Positions 7,358-9,510 of a stretch of DNA of 9,510 bases are shown here, piece by piece. Both the position numbers and the translations under genes were made by a program. The stretch is from Paraphysomonas bandaiensis (Eukaryota > Protista > Chrysophyceae): assembly GCA_965644295.1 (NCBI GenBank), contig CBFFRP010000587.1, positions 1 to 9,510 of the forward strand. Reading direction: 5' to 3'. The notes beneath the pieces are model-generated. The model made no database searches, had not been told where the DNA came from, and was given only the letters and a program-made list of their open reading frames with translations. The number at the start of each line of letters is the position of its first letter. Positions within the stretch are counted from its first letter, which is position 1.

Positions 7358-8150
7358 CTAGAATATTACGATTTTATGTACAGACATTTTCGGCAGTTTT
7401 TTACTGTTTGATACATAATCGCCATTCCAACCTATAGCACCAATATCATCAACTGCAAGAACAAGCAAAGCAGTTAGCATCCACCTACAGCAACAGCAAC
7501 CAAACAATAATTACCATGGACACTAGAGAACAGGGAAAATTCAGAGATAAGATTGCACTGCAAACCACGCAGATGCGGTTGACTGAGAGTACCCGCTGAC
7601 AAAGGGTTAAAGACAATTGCACTTCGATTCAATCCTACATGGTGAGTACGAAAATTGTGTACCAGCAAAGAGGCAAGTGATATATCCCCCCGAATAAATT
7701 TGCAGGAGAGTAGACGACTCTTCACTCGAGAAAATGTTCCTTGCGACGCTGGCATACTCAGCCGTTAGTCTGAAAGAAATGAACTTAGAATGTCTTCGCT
7801 GCCAGGCCTGTCGCAAAAGTGGAGCTAGATAAGATCTCTTAGACAAAGGACCTTCGAGTGTATGGAAGAGTTAACCAGAACGTGGTGTTGAAGTATACAC
7901 ACCATAAGATAAAGTAAGAATGACTATGACTGTGGGATTTAAGATAGAATTGTACGGGAAGACTAACGCCGTCTACGAAATGTATTATATTGGTTCACGT
8001 ACCTGTATAGATGCCACATCTGCTCTCTTTGGGAAATGTTATGTGGATGTGTTCCTCTTTAGAACTTGATGGAACATAGTTGTTGTTACACAAATGACAA
8101 GAAATGCATTTCTTACCAATAATGCTATATGTGTCCGCTAGCAACAACAT
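7358..8150 (-). other. Probable multi-exon transcription unit or gene remnant; structure unresolved
   Basis: A clear intron at 7514-7453 (GTAATT...GCTAAC...TTCTTGCAG) joins the 93-aa ORF frame (...FSSVH) to a terminal exon VDDIGAIGWNGDYVSNSKKLPKMSVHKIVIF* (stop 7360-7358). Further donor-like sites at 8002 (GTACGT) and 8116 (GTAAGA). I could not build a complete model or recognise a family. Confidence 0.3.
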
Positions 8151-8313
8151 TACATAAAACATCTAAGAATGAAGGTGATGTGTTAGTATCTTATCCAATG
8201 ATTTTGTATATTACATTATTTTTCACACTCAGCAATTTTATAATGGATGTGATTTAGAAGTGGGAATGTGCATATCAATTGTACAACAGCACGCGTTGTG
8301 AAAAACACAGTAG

Positions 8314-9491
8314 TTAAAGTATTGCGTCAAAAAATTCTAAAGATATTCTATCTATCCAGCTAGAGTTGATCGGAAAGATGTGTTCAGCAAATCCTAACGA
8401 CAAAGCATATCTTAACCTTTTCGGAAACACAATATTACGAAGAAACGTACCTAGATGACCACCTTGCTCTACAATAACCGCAATCATGCCCGGACCGTAA
8501 TCGGAAACATCTCTTGGACATCCATCAATACTACATAAAGGGTCGTCCACAGAACTGATGGCAAGGGTTGGTGCGGTGACTCTCTTCAATTTCGTGTGCA
8601 CGCTACACGAATCATAGTAGTTTTCCACACTGTCAAAATTGTATTTTCCCTCTTCACACATGACTATATCGAAACCATAAAAGCTCCAAGTGGTCAACAT
8701 GATTTTCCAGAATATATCTTTAAATGCGAAATAGTTTTTAAGAATATAGTACTTCAATGCCACTGAAATCCCACGTGTCCAAAGGCAATGGAATGCCCAG
8801 GTTGGCTTCACTTGAAAATCCCACGGGGGCGAAACAGCTATCGCCCCCTTCACTGGAGTTATTGAAGCATAGTCACCCATATACTTAATGAGAAGTCCAG
8901 CTCCTAGACTAAACCCCATGGCTAGCAGTGGACTCTTCGGGTAACGTGAATGCACTAGTTGCACAGTTTCATGGAAATCTAATGTGCGCTGGCCATCAAA
9001 AGGAAGAGAAGTGGTCAATGGAACACCACCGCACCCTCGTGCAGTCATTACAAGAACACGGTATCCACGACCCACAAGGAGTTCAACCAAATGTACGAGA
9101 TATTCAGCATTAGAATCACCGCACACACCATGCATAATAATTACAGTCGGGGCATGGGGACTAAATTCACACGGTCTCCCCTTAAAACTATATACCCAGT
9201 CAAGCCCAACGGTTCCTTTATCAGACAGAACCAGTAGTTCTCTTCGATATGCTATTCGAGAGAACACTCTAGCGGTGTCTCTGAGCACTGTTTGAAACAC
9301 AGTCTGCAGTGTACCTGTAGAGCTCAGTGACACACATACAGTCAGATATACAGGGTCCTATCCATACCGTATACGTCAAACATATAGAGGGGAGAGGGTC
9401 GGAAGGTGTGTATAGAAGGGCAGGATCGGATGATGAGGTTATTCCTATATGAGGGCTGCATGAGGATAACAGGAGCCGTACTAGTACGTAA
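8314..9491 (-). CDS. Alpha/beta hydrolase, ABHD1/2/3 - YheT - EEB1/EHT1 (UPF0017) family; 5'-partial; exons 9491-9368, 9314-8451, 8393-8314
   Basis: Oxyanion motif MHGVCGDS, ARGCGG, nucleophile elbow GFSLG, acid residue in SVDDP, catalytic His in GGHLGFAE (restored by removing the 57-nt intron 8450-8394). Removing the 53-nt intron 9367-9315 adds the family-typical CPSIHTFRPSPLYMFDVYGTLQT. A pyrimidine-rich acceptor at 9492 shows more exons lie beyond the window. Confidence 0.93.
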
Positions 9492-9510
9492 CTGAACGAA
9501 AAGAAAAGAT

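Noticed and set aside
4195-9295. Short overlapping or antisense ORFs (4195-4455, 4690-4893, 5536-5718, 6230-6746, 7166-7354, 8928-9295)
   Set aside because: Shadows of longer ORFs or low-complexity sequence, with no motif support.

Overview
Eukaryotic genomic DNA, AT-rich, with very short GT-AG introns (about 44-62 nt). A protist such as a stramenopile is plausible but cannot be established from the sequence. The left 5 kb is a rearranged transposon-derived locus. A ~940-bp near-perfect inverted repeat (584-1527 / 2894-3833), built from modular subrepeats, encloses a 1.37-kb spacer. The spacer carries a spliced, truncated PIF/Harbinger-type transposase fragment that the ORF track misses. The outer part of the left arm is tandemly repeated (580-bp period, running off the window start). 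The right arm launches an acidic, probably nuclear, orphan protein gene with an in-frame 489-bp internal duplication. Further right are an intronless 496-aa orphan ORF with a DUF5678-like C-terminal segment and a steep GC gradient, a poorly resolved spliced gene or remnant, and an ordinary intron-containing ABHD1/2/3 (YheT/UPF0017)-family alpha/beta hydrolase that is 5'-incomplete. All family assignments come from motif recognition by eye; no database search was run.
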